Notes under the pieces: model-generated
Seen by the model: only the letters and a program-made list of their open reading frames with translations
Databases searched by the model: none
Told to the model about the DNA's origin: nothing
Assembly (NCBI GenBank): GCA_002269645.1
Contig: NIVC01000374.1
Location: 434,001 to 498,000 of the forward strand
DNA from: Macrostomum lignano
Lineage: Eukaryota
Reading direction: 5' to 3'
Length of the DNA stretch: 64,000 nucleotides
Part shown: piece by piece, positions 10,447 to 23,600 of the stretch
How positions within the stretch are numbered: the first letter of the stretch is position 1
Layout of the letters: each line of letters opens with the position of its first letter
Translations under genes and position numbers: made by a program

Positions 10447-12590
10447 TCACGAACTCGACCGCCTTCGTCGCCCAGCTCGACCAGCCGGCGCAGGCCGCCT
10501 GCCGCCTCCGGCGTTGTTGTGCCTGGGCGGCTCCGGGTTCACTAGCCTGGCCTGTAAACAAGTGCAGTGGGATTCTGCTAGCCAATGTGCTTTTAAATAG
10601 CAAAATTAACACTGGCTGGGGTGGCGGAGAAGCTGATTGGCTCTCAATGGGGGAGTGGCGGAGACGCTGATTGGCTCTCAATGGGGGAGTGGCGGAGACG
10701 CTGATTGGCTCTCAATGGGGGAGTGGCGGAGACGCTGATTGGCTCTCAATGGGGGAGTGGCTTTGACGCTGATTGGCTCTCAATGGGGGAGTGGCGGAGA
10801 CGCTGATTGGCTCTCAATGGGGTAGTGGCGGAGATGCTGATTGGCTCTCAATGGGGGAGTGGCGGAGACGCTGATTGGCTCTCAATGGGGGAGTGGCTTT
10901 GACGCTGATTGGCTCTCAATGGGGGAGTGGCGAAGACGCTGATTGGCTCTCAATGGGGGAGTGGCGGAGACGCTGATTGGCTCTCAATGGGGGAGTGGCG
11001 GAGACGCTGATTGGCTCTCAATGGGGGAGTGGCGGAGACGCTGATTGGCTCTCAATGGGGGAGTGGCTGAGACGCTGATTGGCTCTCAATGGGGGAGTGG
11101 CGGAGACGCTGATTGGCTCTGAATGGGGGAGTGGTTGAGACGCTGATTGGCTCACAATTTCACCAATTGGCTCAATGTGGGATTTGCTGAGATGCCAAGG
11201 ACTAAAACTATTATTACTCCAGCAATGCAGCTCAGCTGTCGATGGTGAAACAACTTATCCCAATGTAACTAAGCAAGGGGATCGGGATTGGCAACCGATG
11301 GGAAATTTGCAGGGAGATTAACAGTCATTCATATCCTCACCTGAATCTCCTGACCATCGATCTGCCCGCCGTCCATGTGCCGACAGGCGTCTGCCGCTTC
11401 GCCCGGCGATTCAAACTCAATGATGGCGAAGCCGCGAGTCAGCTCCGGGTGCTGCCGGTCGGCGGGGATGTCGATGCGGCGCAGTGCACCGTACATGCCG
11501 AATATCTCCTCAAGGTGGGCGCGGGCCACGTTGCGGGTGAGGCGGGTGACGCGGATCTGCAGAGAATTAAGCATTTTTGAGGCGATTTTAAGCATCTCTG
11601 AACTGGAGATAAGATTACAGAATCTCATCCCTGGATTGGTATGAGATCTCAGAATCTCATAGCTGAATTGGAGATGAGATCTCAGAATCTCTCACCCCTG
11701 AATTGGAGATGAGATCTCAGAATCTCTCATCCCTGAATTGGAGATGAGATCTCAGAATCTCTCATCCCTGAATTGGAGATGAGATCTCAGAATCTCTCAT
11801 CCCTGAATTGGAGATGAGATCTCAGAATCTCTCATCCCTGAATTGGAGATTAGATCTCAGAATCTCTCATCCCTGAATTGGAGATGAGATCTCAGAATCT
11901 CTCATCCCTGAATTGGAGATGAGATCTCAGAATCTCTCATCCCTGAATTGGAGATGAGATCTCAGAATCTCTCATCCCTGAATTGGAGATGAGATCTCAG
12001 AATCTCTCATCCCTGAATTGGAGATGAGATCTCAGAATCTCTCATCCCTGAATTGGAGATGAGATCTCAGAATCTCTCATCCCTGAATTGGAGATGAGAT
12101 CTCAGAATCTCTGCACACAAAAATATTTAACAAAGTCGTCGCCAACCTTTGCCGGCCTGCTCGGTGACGTGGACGACGCCCGACGTCGACGTCGATTGTT
12201 GGACGGCGAGGCCGCCGTAGACGAAGGCGAAGCGCCGCGAGACCGGCGGGATGAACTGCTGCTGCTGCTGCTGGACGATGAAGAATCCGAGGACGACGAA
12301 CCGGAAGAGGACGAGCGAGCGGAAGAAGCCGACGAGGACCTCGACTTGCTTTTGCTTTTACTTTTGTTGCTGCGCTTGTTCTTTGCCGAGGCCTTGCTCG
12401 AATCCTTTGAGGAAGCTGCGGACGATGAGGAGCGGCGACGCTTCGGCGAGGAAGCGCCAGACGAAGATGACCTGCTTCGGGCTCGGTGGCCGGCGCCGCC
12501 ACCGGTTCCGGTTAAGGCGGAATTGCCGGTAGTGGCATTTCCGGTTTTGGCATTGTTTGCAGCGGACGGGGCTACGGCTGCGTCCGGCAT
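10447..12590 (-). CDS. RNPS1: RNA-binding protein with serine-rich domain 1 (exon junction complex/ASAP component)
   Basis: Exons 12590-12147 (Ser-rich), 11556-11341 and 10551-10447. The RRM IRVTRLTRNVARAHLEEIFGMYG...RGFAIIEFE...HMDGGQIDGQEI matches the RNPS1 signature RLTRNV...HMDGGQIDGQEI. About 254 aa. Confidence 0.92.
10632..11160. repeat. 34-bp minisatellite GCTGATTGGCTCTCAATGGGGGAGTGGCGGAGAC
   Basis: About 15 copies in RNPS1 intron 2. Confidence 0.95.
11620..12111. repeat. 35-bp minisatellite CTCAGAATCTCTCATCCCTGAATTGGAGATGAGAT
   Basis: About 14 copies in RNPS1 intron 1. Confidence 0.95.
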
Positions 12591-12613
12591 TGGCTGAAGT
12601 AGATTGCGCGAGA

Positions 12614-13261
12614 TTCTTAGGGTGGGTTAGGGGCGATTCTTAGGGTGGGTTAGGGGCGATTCTTAGGGTGGGTTAGGGGCGATTCTTAGGGTGGGTTAGG
12701 GGCGATTCTTAGGGTGGGTTAGGGGCGATTCTTAGGGTGGGTTAGGGGCGATTCTTACGATGGGTTAGGGGCGATTCTTAGGCTGAGTTAGGAGCGATTC
12801 TTAGGGTGGGTTAGGAGCAATTCTTAGGGTGGTTTATGGGCGATTCTTAGGCTGGTTTAGGGGCGATTCTTAGGCTGGTTTAGGGGCGATTCTTAGGCTG
12901 GTTTAGGAGCGTTTCTTAGGCTGGTTTAGGAGCGTTTCTTAGGGTTGTTTAGGGGCGATTCTTAGGCTGGTTTAGGAGCGTTTCTTAGGGTTGTTTAGGG
13001 GCGATTTTTAGGCTGGTTTAGGAGCGATTCTTAGGCTAGTTTAGGGGAGATTTTTAGGCTGGTTTAGGGGCGATTCTTAGGCTGGGTTAGGAGCGATTCT
13101 TAGGGTGGTTAAGGGGCGATTCTTAGGCTGGTTTAGGAGCGATTCTTAGGCTAGTTTAGGAGAGATTCATAGGGTGGGTTAGGGGCGATTCATAGGCTGG
13201 TTTAGGGGCGATTCTTAGGGTGGATTAGGGGCGATTCTTAAGCTGGTTTAGGGGCGATTCT
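12614..13261. repeat. 23-bp TTAGGG-containing minisatellite GGGCGATTCTTAGGGTGGGTTAG
   Basis: About 28 copies immediately upstream of the RNPS1 start exon. Confidence 0.95.
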
Positions 13262-14187
13262 AAAAGTGGTATAGAATCCTGTTCTAAGAAAGCTAAGGAA
13301 AATATTTTTATTCATTCTATAGCTTTTTACAAAATGTTAAAGCGCAATAGCGAACACAAGAATCAGTGCGTATTTGTGAAAGAAAATAATAGTCCCCAAA
13401 CACAGCGGATGCAATAAAAATAAGCTAAATAAGCCTGTCGAGCAAATGCCTCAAACTTGTATTTCACGCTTTTACCGACTTTAATTATGCACTATAAGTA
13501 CGCGGAAAGCCTGAAATGCTTTATGAATGGATACAAAGTTTAGAAAAATTGTTATAAAAAATAAAAAACGATTTACTATAATAGAGGAGCGTTATAGAAG
13601 CGCTAAGCAAGATGAATGATTAGAAAATTAACTTACATAACTAAATACTTATTTATTGCTGTTAAAATGCGTCGAAAAGAAGAACTTAAAACTTTCAGCA
13701 CCGTAACATACTACTAACGGGCCTAAAACTGTATGGAGTTAAAGCGTTTTTTGTTTAATGCAAAAATTTTATGAAAAAATAGCGGTTATAATTATATAAA
13801 TGCCAATTGTATATACAAATACATTAGCCGATATAGTAACCTTATCAATGAGCACAACGGCAATTGGCGAAAGCGTAAATATGAGGAAAAAGCGGACCAA
13901 CGATTGCTAGAAGAGAGTAGTATATAAAGTGAAATGACGAAAAATTATGAAAAGCGCGTAGAAATTCGGATTAACTAATCACATTGCAACATTTAGTAGA
14001 GCAGAAATGATACCTTTATTAGAAGTGTTGCTTAAATAAGTCAGCATTATGTACGAATTATCATTGGTCCATTGGTGCAGTCGGTCACAATGCGGACTGT
14101 TATAAGTCCCTTGAGTAGTCAGCTGGAATGGGTGGAATGAAATATTGATTGTGGCTGCTGCAAGAATTTGAATAACATCTCATCATT

Positions 14188-14400
14188 CATCTATCTATCT
14201 ATGTATCTATCTATCTATGTATCTATCTATCTATCTATCTATCTATCTGTGTATCTATCATCTACCTACCTATCTATCTATCATCTACCTATACATCTAC
14301 CCATCTAACTATCTATCCATCATCTATCTATCTATGTATCTATCTATGTATCTATCTATCTATGTATCTATCTATCTATCTATCTATCTAAATATCTATG

Positions 14401-14438
<38 letters not shown>

Positions 14439-14488
14439 AATATCTATCTATCTATGTATCTATCTATCTATCTATCTATCTATCTAAA

Positions 14489-14531
<43 letters not shown>

Positions 14532-14590
14532 GTATCTATCTATCTATCTATCTATCTAAATATCTATCTATCTATCTATCTAGCTATCTA
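14188..14590. repeat. (TATC)n microsatellite
   Basis: Direct reading; starts just downstream of the SCAI stop. Confidence 0.95.
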
Positions 14591-14614
14591 TGAGCATGCA
14601 TTCCCCATCATTAA

Positions 14615-17600
14615 CTAACCAGCCTCGCAGAACAGATCCCTGGCGTCGAACAGCTCCGCCAAGTCCAGCACCTTGGCCTGCACAGAATCAACGTCAAGCA
14701 GGTCGTCGGGCAACGCCGGGTGAGCAGTCGGATAGCAGCGCGGCGGCTGGAAGTCGCGGTGCAGTCGCAGGGCCAGGCAACAGAACAAGAAGCGAAGCAG
14801 CAGGGCGCGCAGGAAATCGTCGCGGAAGAAACATTGATAGGCCGGGTCTGGTGGAGGATTGTATTATTTCAAATATAAAAGCCAATGCACAGAGTACGAG
14901 TGTGTGGCTAATGATGAGAGCACCTGTACGCAGTCACGCACTCATGCACACGCTCTCACAGGGTGTACAGGGGCCGTTTGACTTTCTAATCCTGTCAGGC
15001 ATGTGCACTCTCTGAGCTGCCCGCCGTACTCACCGACTTCCTTGTGTTGCAGCAGCAGGCGGCCAGCCTCAGACAGACAGCCGTCCATTAGGATGAGGCC
15101 GCGCTCCCAGGCTGGCAGCTGGACTGTATTGGCGCCGCACAGACGGGCCATGCCAGACAGTGGGCAGTGCAGGAACAGCGTGAACAGGCTGCCGCTCTGG
15201 CGACCGTCTGCGAATAAGGATAGGGTAAGGAGCTCGCTTGAAGTCTGCCTCACTGCCTGCTTCTGTGTGTCTTGATGCCCGTATTGGTGTCTGTATTGAT
15301 GCCTGTCTTGGTGCCTGTCCTAGTGTCTGTCTTGGTGCCTGTCCTAGTGTCTGTCTTGGTGCCTGTCCTAGTGTCTGTCTTGGTGCCTGTCCTAGTGTCT
15401 GTCTTGGTGCCTGTCCTAGTGTCTGTCTTGGTGCCTGTCCTAGTGTCTGTCTTGGTGCCTGTCCTAGTGTCTGCCCTAGTGTCTGTCTTGGTGTCTGTCT
15501 TAGTGCCTGTCCTAATGTCTGTCTTAGTGCCTGTCCTAGTGCCTGCCCTAGTGTCTGTCTTGGTGTCTGTCTTGGTGCCTGTCCTAGTGTCTGTCTTAGT
15601 GCCTGTCTTGGTGCCTGTCTTGCTGCCTGTCCTAGTGTCTGTCTTGGTGCCTGTCCTAGTGTCTGTCTTGGTGCCTGTCCTAGTGTCTGTCTTAGTGCCT
15701 GTCCTAATGTCTGTCTTAGTGCCTGTCCTAGTGCCTGTCATAGTGTCTGTCTTAGTGCCTGTCCTAGTGTCTGTCTTAGTGTCTGTCTTAGTGTCTGTCT
15801 TGGTGCCTGTCCTAGTGTCTATAATCATGCAGCAGTCTTACCGGGACACACAGAACTAGGAATCTGTTCAGGAGACATCAGACAAACTAGCGGCTCGTTG
15901 AATAGATTTGGAAACTTCTGAAAAAGAATACATTATAGAAAACTATTAAGGTCTATCGTGTGCATATTGTACATTTAAATAAACTTGGGATAACTGTTAC
16001 TCTTACTCACCTTAAAAGCCGTACTGTTATCAGAATCCACAATGAGAAACACCGGCTTACGAGTGAAGCAGTACATATCGCCAGGATAGAAGCTGTGGAA
16101 TAATAGACAATATTGCCCGTATTACATAGTAGAAAAAAATATAAGCTGTTTCATGGCAAGACAATGCAAATGCAGTCAGTCTATGGTCAGACAATGCAGT
16201 CTATGGTCAGAGAATGCAGTCTATGGTCAGACAATACAGTTTATCGTCAGACAATGAATGCAGTCTATGGCCAGAAAATGCAGTCTGTGGTCAGAAAATG
16301 AATGCAGTCTATGGCCAGACAATGCAGTCTATAGTCAGACAATGAATGCAGTCTATGGCCAGACAATGCAGTCTATGGTCAGACAATGAATGCAGTCTAT
16401 GGCCAGACAATGCAGTCTATGGTCAGACAATGCAGTCTATGGTCAGACAATGCAGCCTATGGTCAGACAATGCAGTCTATGGTCAGACAATGAATGCAGT
16501 CTATGGTCAGACAATGCAGTCTATGGTCAGACAATGCAGTCTATGGCCAGACAATGCAGTCTATGGTCAGACAATGAATGCAGTCTATGGTCAGACAATG
16601 CAGTCTATGGTCAGACAATTCAGTCTATGGTCAGACAATGAATGCAGTCTATGGTCAGACAATGAATGCAGCCTATGGTCAGACAATGAATACAGTCTAT
16701 GGTCAGACAATGAATGCAGTCTATGGTCAGACAATGAATGCAGTCTATGGTCAGACAATGCAGTCTATGGCCAGACAATGCAGTCTATGGTCAGACAATG
16801 CAGTCTATGGTCAGACAATGCAGTCTATGGCCAGACAATGCAGTCTATGGTCAGACAATGCAGTCTATGGTCAGACAATGCAGTCTATGGCCAGACAATG
16901 CAGTCTATGGTCAGACAATGAATGCAGCCTATGGCCAGACAATGCAGTCTATGGTCAGACAATGAATGCAGCCTATGGCCAGACAATGCAGTCTATGGCC
17001 AGACAATGCAGTCTATGGTCAGACAATGAATGCAGTCTATGGTCAGACAATGCAGTCTATGGTCAGACAATGCAGTCTATGGCCAGACAATGCAGTCTAT
17101 GGCCAGACAATGAATGCAGTCTATGGTCAGACAATGCAGTCTATGGTCAGACAATGCAGTCTATGGCCAGACAATGCAGTCTATGGCCAGACAATGCAGT
17201 CTATGGTCAGACAATGCAGTCTGTGGTAAATCAATACTACTGAAGAGTGAATTAATGGTATGCAAGAGTGAAGTGTCTATGGCAAAAGCAATCCTGAGAA
17301 GAAAGGCAATTTCTATGTGAAGCAACAGCCAGAAAAAACATGAGCACATACACACAGGCACGCATTTATAGACACGCTCACACAGGGTGTACAAGTGTAC
17401 ACAGGATGGTCCTTATGGCTTGTGAATCGCGAGCCAACAACCTCCTCCCAATTCACGAAATATGCAGCACTCACCACCTGCTGTCTCTGATGACGCCGCC
17501 ACTGCCAGGCAGTCTGCGAGTCTCCGGCTTGCCGGGTTTGTCCGATTCGCGGCTCCTTTGAACTGCCAGACCGCCGTCTCTGTAGCCGCTGTAGGCTGCA

Positions 17601-20600
17601 AGTGGCAGAGTTGGCTGCACCATAAATAATATCAAACTGTATCAAACTGGCGCATGCACACAGTGTGAAGGGGAAGAGAGCGAGAGAGACCAGCAGTAGC
17701 TGTGCAAAATAAATACATGATTTATGAATTGGAATCAGGTTTCAAACAGTTTTTAGCCAACTTTTTAGAGTTGAAAATTTATTACTAACAATGCTGCCCG
17801 GTAACAATAGCCTTAACGTAGAAAAGTGGGAAATATTCGAATGTTCCCCTAAAAATCCATGTTTTACAGAATCAAAAAGTAAACATTTTCCATGAACCCA
17901 CAATTACTTGATAAACATATTAATAAACGCACGTTTTCTATCGATAGACAGATCCATAAACTCGCATTCCCTATCAATAAACAGATCGATAAACTCGTAT
18001 TCCCTATCAATAAACAGATCCATAAACTCGCATTCCCAATATATAAACATATCCATAAACTCGCATTCCCTATCAATAAACAGATCTATAAACTCGCATT
18101 CCCTATATAAAAATAGATCTATAAACTAACATTCCCTATATGTAAACAGATCTATAAGTACTCGCATTCCCTATATATAAATAGATCTATAAACTAACAT
18201 TCCCTATATATAAACAGATCGATAAACTCGCATTCCCTATATATAAATAGATCTATAAACTCATGTTTAATATTGATAAACAGATACTTAGTAAAAATGC
18301 TTTAATGGATTGCATTTTCCCCTAAAATTAAACAAATAAATTAATATAAACAATTAAACATTAAATTAACTCACAGTCCTCCTTCTTGCCGCGCTGCTGG
18401 CACCGTCTGCCGTCGGCGCTAAAGTACACCAGCACCACTCCGTCATCTGGTAAATCGTTAAATGTCGAATTCAACGAGAAGACAATCTCGGCCAGGCTCG
18501 GCCGGTACAGGAGGTACTTGTGCGGATTCTGCGACTCCGATAAGCCGCCGTCCGGACTCTGGGCACCCTGCAATGCGGGGTGAGGTCTCCCAGATGCCTC
18601 AATCCCCTAAGACATTTTCCCACTTTCTCAATTCCCTCAAACATTCTTCCCACTTTCTCAATCCCCTCGGACATTCTTCCCACTGCCTCAATCCCCTCGG
18701 ACACTCTTCCCATTGCCTCAATCCCCTCGGACATTCTTCCCACTGCCTCAATCCCCTCGGACATTCTTCCCACTGCCTCAATCCCCTCGGACACTCTTCC
18801 CATTGCCTCAATCCCCTCGGACATTCTTCCCACTGCCTCAATCCCCTCGGACATTCTTCCCACTGCCTCAATCCCCTCGGAAATTCTTCCCATTGCCTCA
18901 ATCCCCTCGGACATTCTTCCCACTACCTCAATCCCCTCGGACATTCTTCCCACTGCCTCAATCCCCTCGGACATTCTTCCCACTGCCTCAATCCCCTCGG
19001 ACATTCTTCCCACTGCCTCAATCCCCTCGGACACTCTTCCCATTGCCTCAATCCCCTCGGAAATTCTTCCCATTGCCTCAATCCCCTCGGACATTCTTCC
19101 CACTGCCTCAATCCCCTCGGAAATTCTTCCCATTGCCTCAATCCCCTCGGACATTCTTCCCACTACCTCAATCCCCTCGGACATTCTTCCCACTGCCTCA
19201 ATCCCCTCGGACATTCTTCCCACTGCCTCAATCCCCTCGGACATTCTTCCCACTGCCTCAATCCCCTCGGACATTCTTTCCACTGCCTCAATCCCCTCGG
19301 ACATTCTTCCCACTGCCTCAATCCTCTCGGACATTCTTCCCACTTTCTCAATCCCCTCGGACATTCTTCCCACTTTCTCAATCCCCTCGGACATTCTTCC
19401 CACTGCCTCAATCCTCTCGGACATTCTTCCCACTTTCTCAATCCCCTCGGACATTCTTTCCACTGCCTCAATCCTCTCGGACATTCTTCCCACTTTCTCA
19501 ATCCCCTCGGACATTCTTCCCACTGCCTCAATCCCCTCGGACATTCTTCAAACTGCCTCAATCCCCTCGGACACTCTTCCCATTGCCTCAATCCCCTCGG
19601 AAATTCTTCCCATTGCCTCAATCCCCTCGGACATTCTTCCCACTGCCTCAATCCCCTCGGAAATTCTTCCCATTGCCTCAATCCCCTCGGACATTCTTCC
19701 CACTACCTCAATCCCCTCGGACATTCTTCCCACTGCCTCAATCCCCTCGGACATTTTTCCCACTGCCTCAATCCCTCGGACATTCTTCCCACTGCCTCAA
19801 TCCCCTCGGACATTCTTTCCACTGCCTCAATCCCCTCGGACATTCTTCCCACTGCCTCAATCCTCTCGGACATTCTTCCCACTTTCTCAATCCCCTCGGA
19901 CATTCTTCCCACTTTCTCAATCCCCTCGGACATTCTTCCCACTGCCTCAATCCCCTCGGACATTCTTCCCACTGCCTCAATCCCCTCGGACATTCTTTCC
20001 ACTGCCTCAATCCTCTCGGAAATTCTTCCCACTTTCTCAATCCCCTCGGACATTCTTCCCACTTTTTCAATTCCCTCGGACACTCTTCCCACTTTCGCAA
20101 TCCCCTCGGACATCCTTCCCACTTTCTCAAATGCCGGTCTCGCACCTGTCTGGACCCCGGATTGTCGCCCAGTCCAGCCGGGCCACCGCCAGCACCAGCG
20201 GCCACAGGCGGTTGCTTCTCTAACGCCAGGGACATTCTCAGCATGTCAACTGACAGCTCGCTGAACTTGGCCTGATCAGCGCAGCCGCCAACAATCAAAG
20301 CGTCGGCCAGACGAAGCGGCAGCTGTGTCGTCCCGCCGGTCGGGGCGCGCAGAGCCGGAAAGTCAGTCAGCGGCGGGCTGGTCTCCGGCGATAGGCGCCG
20401 CTTTAAAAACAGCTGCCTTCCATCCGAGTCCAGCAGGCTGAGAGGCTGGGCGGCTCGCAGCATCGAGCGGATTTCGTCGGCCACTCGGAACCACCAGGCG
20501 GCGTCGAACGGCTGATAGGTGGCCTCGTAGTCGGCGATATCGCGGCTGAGGTCCTGCATCAGTTCGGCGGCCAGCTTGCCGTTTTCAAGCACCAGGCAGA

Positions 20601-23600
20601 CTAATATGAACCGGCACAGGTAGCGCAGCTTCTTCACCATGAAATCCGGACTGGTAGTCAGGGGGGACGGGTGAGTTGATGAAGCTGAGGTGAGTGAATT
20701 TTAAGTTTTCGGTGAAAAATGCACTGCTGCTTTTTTACTAAATTAAAGAGGCTGGGCGATGCTTCATCATCAGTTCAGGTAGGTTATAGTGGGAGGCTGG
20801 GCGATGCTTCATCACCAGTTCAGCTAGGACATAGTGGGGAGGCTGGGCGATGCTTCATCATCAGTTCAGCTAGGACATAGTGGGGAGGCTGGGCGATACT
20901 TCATCACCAGTTCAGCTAGGACATAGTGGGGAGGCTGGGCGATACTTCATCACTAGTTCAGCTAGGACATAGTGGGGAGGCTGGGCGATGCTTCATCATC
21001 AGTTCAGCTAGGACATAGTGGGGAGGCTGGGCGATGCTTCATCATCAGTTCAGCTAGGACATAGTGGGGAGGCTGGGCGATACTTCATCATCAGTTCAGC
21101 TAGGACATAGTGGGAAGGCTGGGCGATACTTCATCACCAGTTCAGCTAGGACATAGTGGGGAGGCTGGGCGATGCTTCATCACCAGTTCAGCTAGGACAT
21201 AGTGGGGAGGCTGGGCGATGCTTCATCATAAGTTCTGGTAGGTTACAGAGGGGAGACTGGGAGATGCTTCATCATCAGTTCTGGTAGGTTACAGAGGGGA
21301 GACTGGGCGATGCTTCATCATCAGTTCTGGTAGGTTACAGAGGGGAGACTGGGAGATGCTTCATCATAAGTTCTGGTAGGTTACAGAGGGGAGACTGGGA
21401 GATGCTTCATCATCAGTTCTGGTAGGTTACAGAGGGGAGACTGGGAGATGCTTCATCATCAGTTCTGGTAGGTTACAGAGGGGAGACTGGGAGATGCTTC
21501 ATCATCAGTTCTGGTAGGTTACAGAGGGGAGACTGGGAGATGCTTCATCATCAGTTCTGGTAGGTTACAGAGGGGAGACTGGGCGATGCTTCATCATCAG
21601 TTCTGGTAGGTTACAGAGGGGAGACTGGGAGATGCTTCATCATCAGTTCTGGTAGGTTACAGAGGGGAGACTGGGAGATGCTTCATCATCAGTTCTGGTA
21701 GGTTACAGAGGGGAGACTGGGAGATGCTTCATCATCAGTTCTGGTAGGTTACAGAGGGGAGACTGGGAGATGCTTCATCATCAGTTCTGGTAGGTTACAG
21801 AGGGGAGACTGGGAGATGCTTCATCATCAGTTCTGGTAGGTTACAGAGGGGAGACTGGGAGATGCTTCATCATCAGTTCTGGTAGGTTACAGAGGGGAGA
21901 CTGGGAGATGCTTCATCATCAGTTCTGGTAGGTTACAGAGGGGAGACTGGGAGATGCTTCATCATCAGTTCTGGTAGGTTACAGAGGGGAGACTGGGAGA
22001 TGCTTCATCATCAGTTCTGGTAGGTTACAGAGGGGAGACTGGGAGATGCTTCATCATCAGTTCTGGTAGGTTACAGAGGGGAGACTGGGAGATGCTTCAT
22101 CATCAGGTAAACCTACAAGCTAAAGCACGAGTTAAACAGGATAAGAAAAAACGCATATAAACAACAAACCGTTTCTCCGTCTTGGCGTTGTCATAGTAGC
22201 CTCTGCATCTAATAGCATAGTAGAAGCAGTAGGTCTCAGTCAGGTAGGCTGTATTGCTAGTCCTCAGATAGTACTGATAGTACAATTGGCCAATTTTTGA
22301 CGCAATCTCGCCGATGTGATGCCGTTTCAACACCTGCTGCTCGCTGAGCGACTCCCTGTACTGCTGCTGGAAGCGCCACAGTTCGGTGAACACGGCGAAA
22401 GCGCGATCAAAGTACGGCTGCCATTTGCGATAGCCACTGCGAGGTAGGTTCCTGTGTATTGTGGGAGTTTTTTAAAATTGTTAATGTTAGCTATTTTAGT
22501 ATTATGTAGCCATATATCAGATATGTTGTCATAGTTTTAATAAGTTTTCCTGCACTTGTAATTATCACTATACACTCATTTTACTAACATGTCTATAGGG
22601 GAATATGAGGAGAGGGAGCTAAAGTTATTATATATGTTTCCACTTTCAATGCAATGGGAGCTTTTAAGTAACTGGGGGTTGAGGACTCATGCAACAGAAA
22701 ATTTTGACACTACCTGCGTTGCATGGAGAGGAGAAAGGCGAGATAAGGGGGAGAATGAGATGGGAGAGGAGAGAGAGAAGAGAAACGAGAGAGAGAACAG
22801 TCAGAAAGGAGATCAAATTAATGGGCATTAGGAGCCACAGAATCACAGTTGCTTTCCTGCAGCTGTAACAGCCAGTAGCAAGAGGTCCCAATGCCCCATC
22901 TGTGAAATTATCAACTAGTATCACTGGCCAGTGGCACTTTACAACCATAGCAATGAAAGTTAAATGAGGTTACAGAAAACTTATTAGCTATTGAAAGTTA
23001 TAAAATTGATGAATTTATATGATTTTTTGCTTTTTTGGTAAATTGTATAACTGTGTCACATTTCTAAGTTCATAAGGCTAAGATAATTTCAGAGGTTGTG
23101 CATGTATATATTTAACTATATTTTAGTTAAATATAGGTTTTTATACAATACATGGGATTTTAAGGTTTGGTCTTAGATTCTTAACAATATGTTTGAGATT
23201 TTTAGTAAACTGAAATATTTTTACTATATGACACAAGACCTAATAATAGTTAACATACTTTAGACACTTAACCAAATATTTGTTAACTTTTGTATACTAT
23301 TTAATTGTATGAACAAATTGGCTATATATACTTTATAACAAAAACATTTAACAAATGATAAATACCCATAATTAAGGATTACAGTTCAATAAAACTCTTA
23401 GCCTTATTTCTACTAAAAGATTATATTTGCAACACTAACAGAGCAACCAAAGCTTTTATACCTTAGCCATTTCTGCCAACTCTACTGTCTGTGCCTCCAC
23501 ATTGGCTGCAGCTGCCACTATGCTAGCAGAACTGGAATGACAACAGCAGTCCCAACAAAAGAAGCAGCACTGGCATAAGATTAGACACAAGCAGAATAAT

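Noticed and set aside
12088-12597. 169-aa acidic plus-strand ORF
   Set aside because: It is the antisense shadow of the Ser/Arg-rich RNPS1 exon 1.
22830-22960. GTSCYWL fragment on the minus strand suggesting a C-type lectin remnant
   Set aside because: Too short and interrupted by stops to support without a database search.
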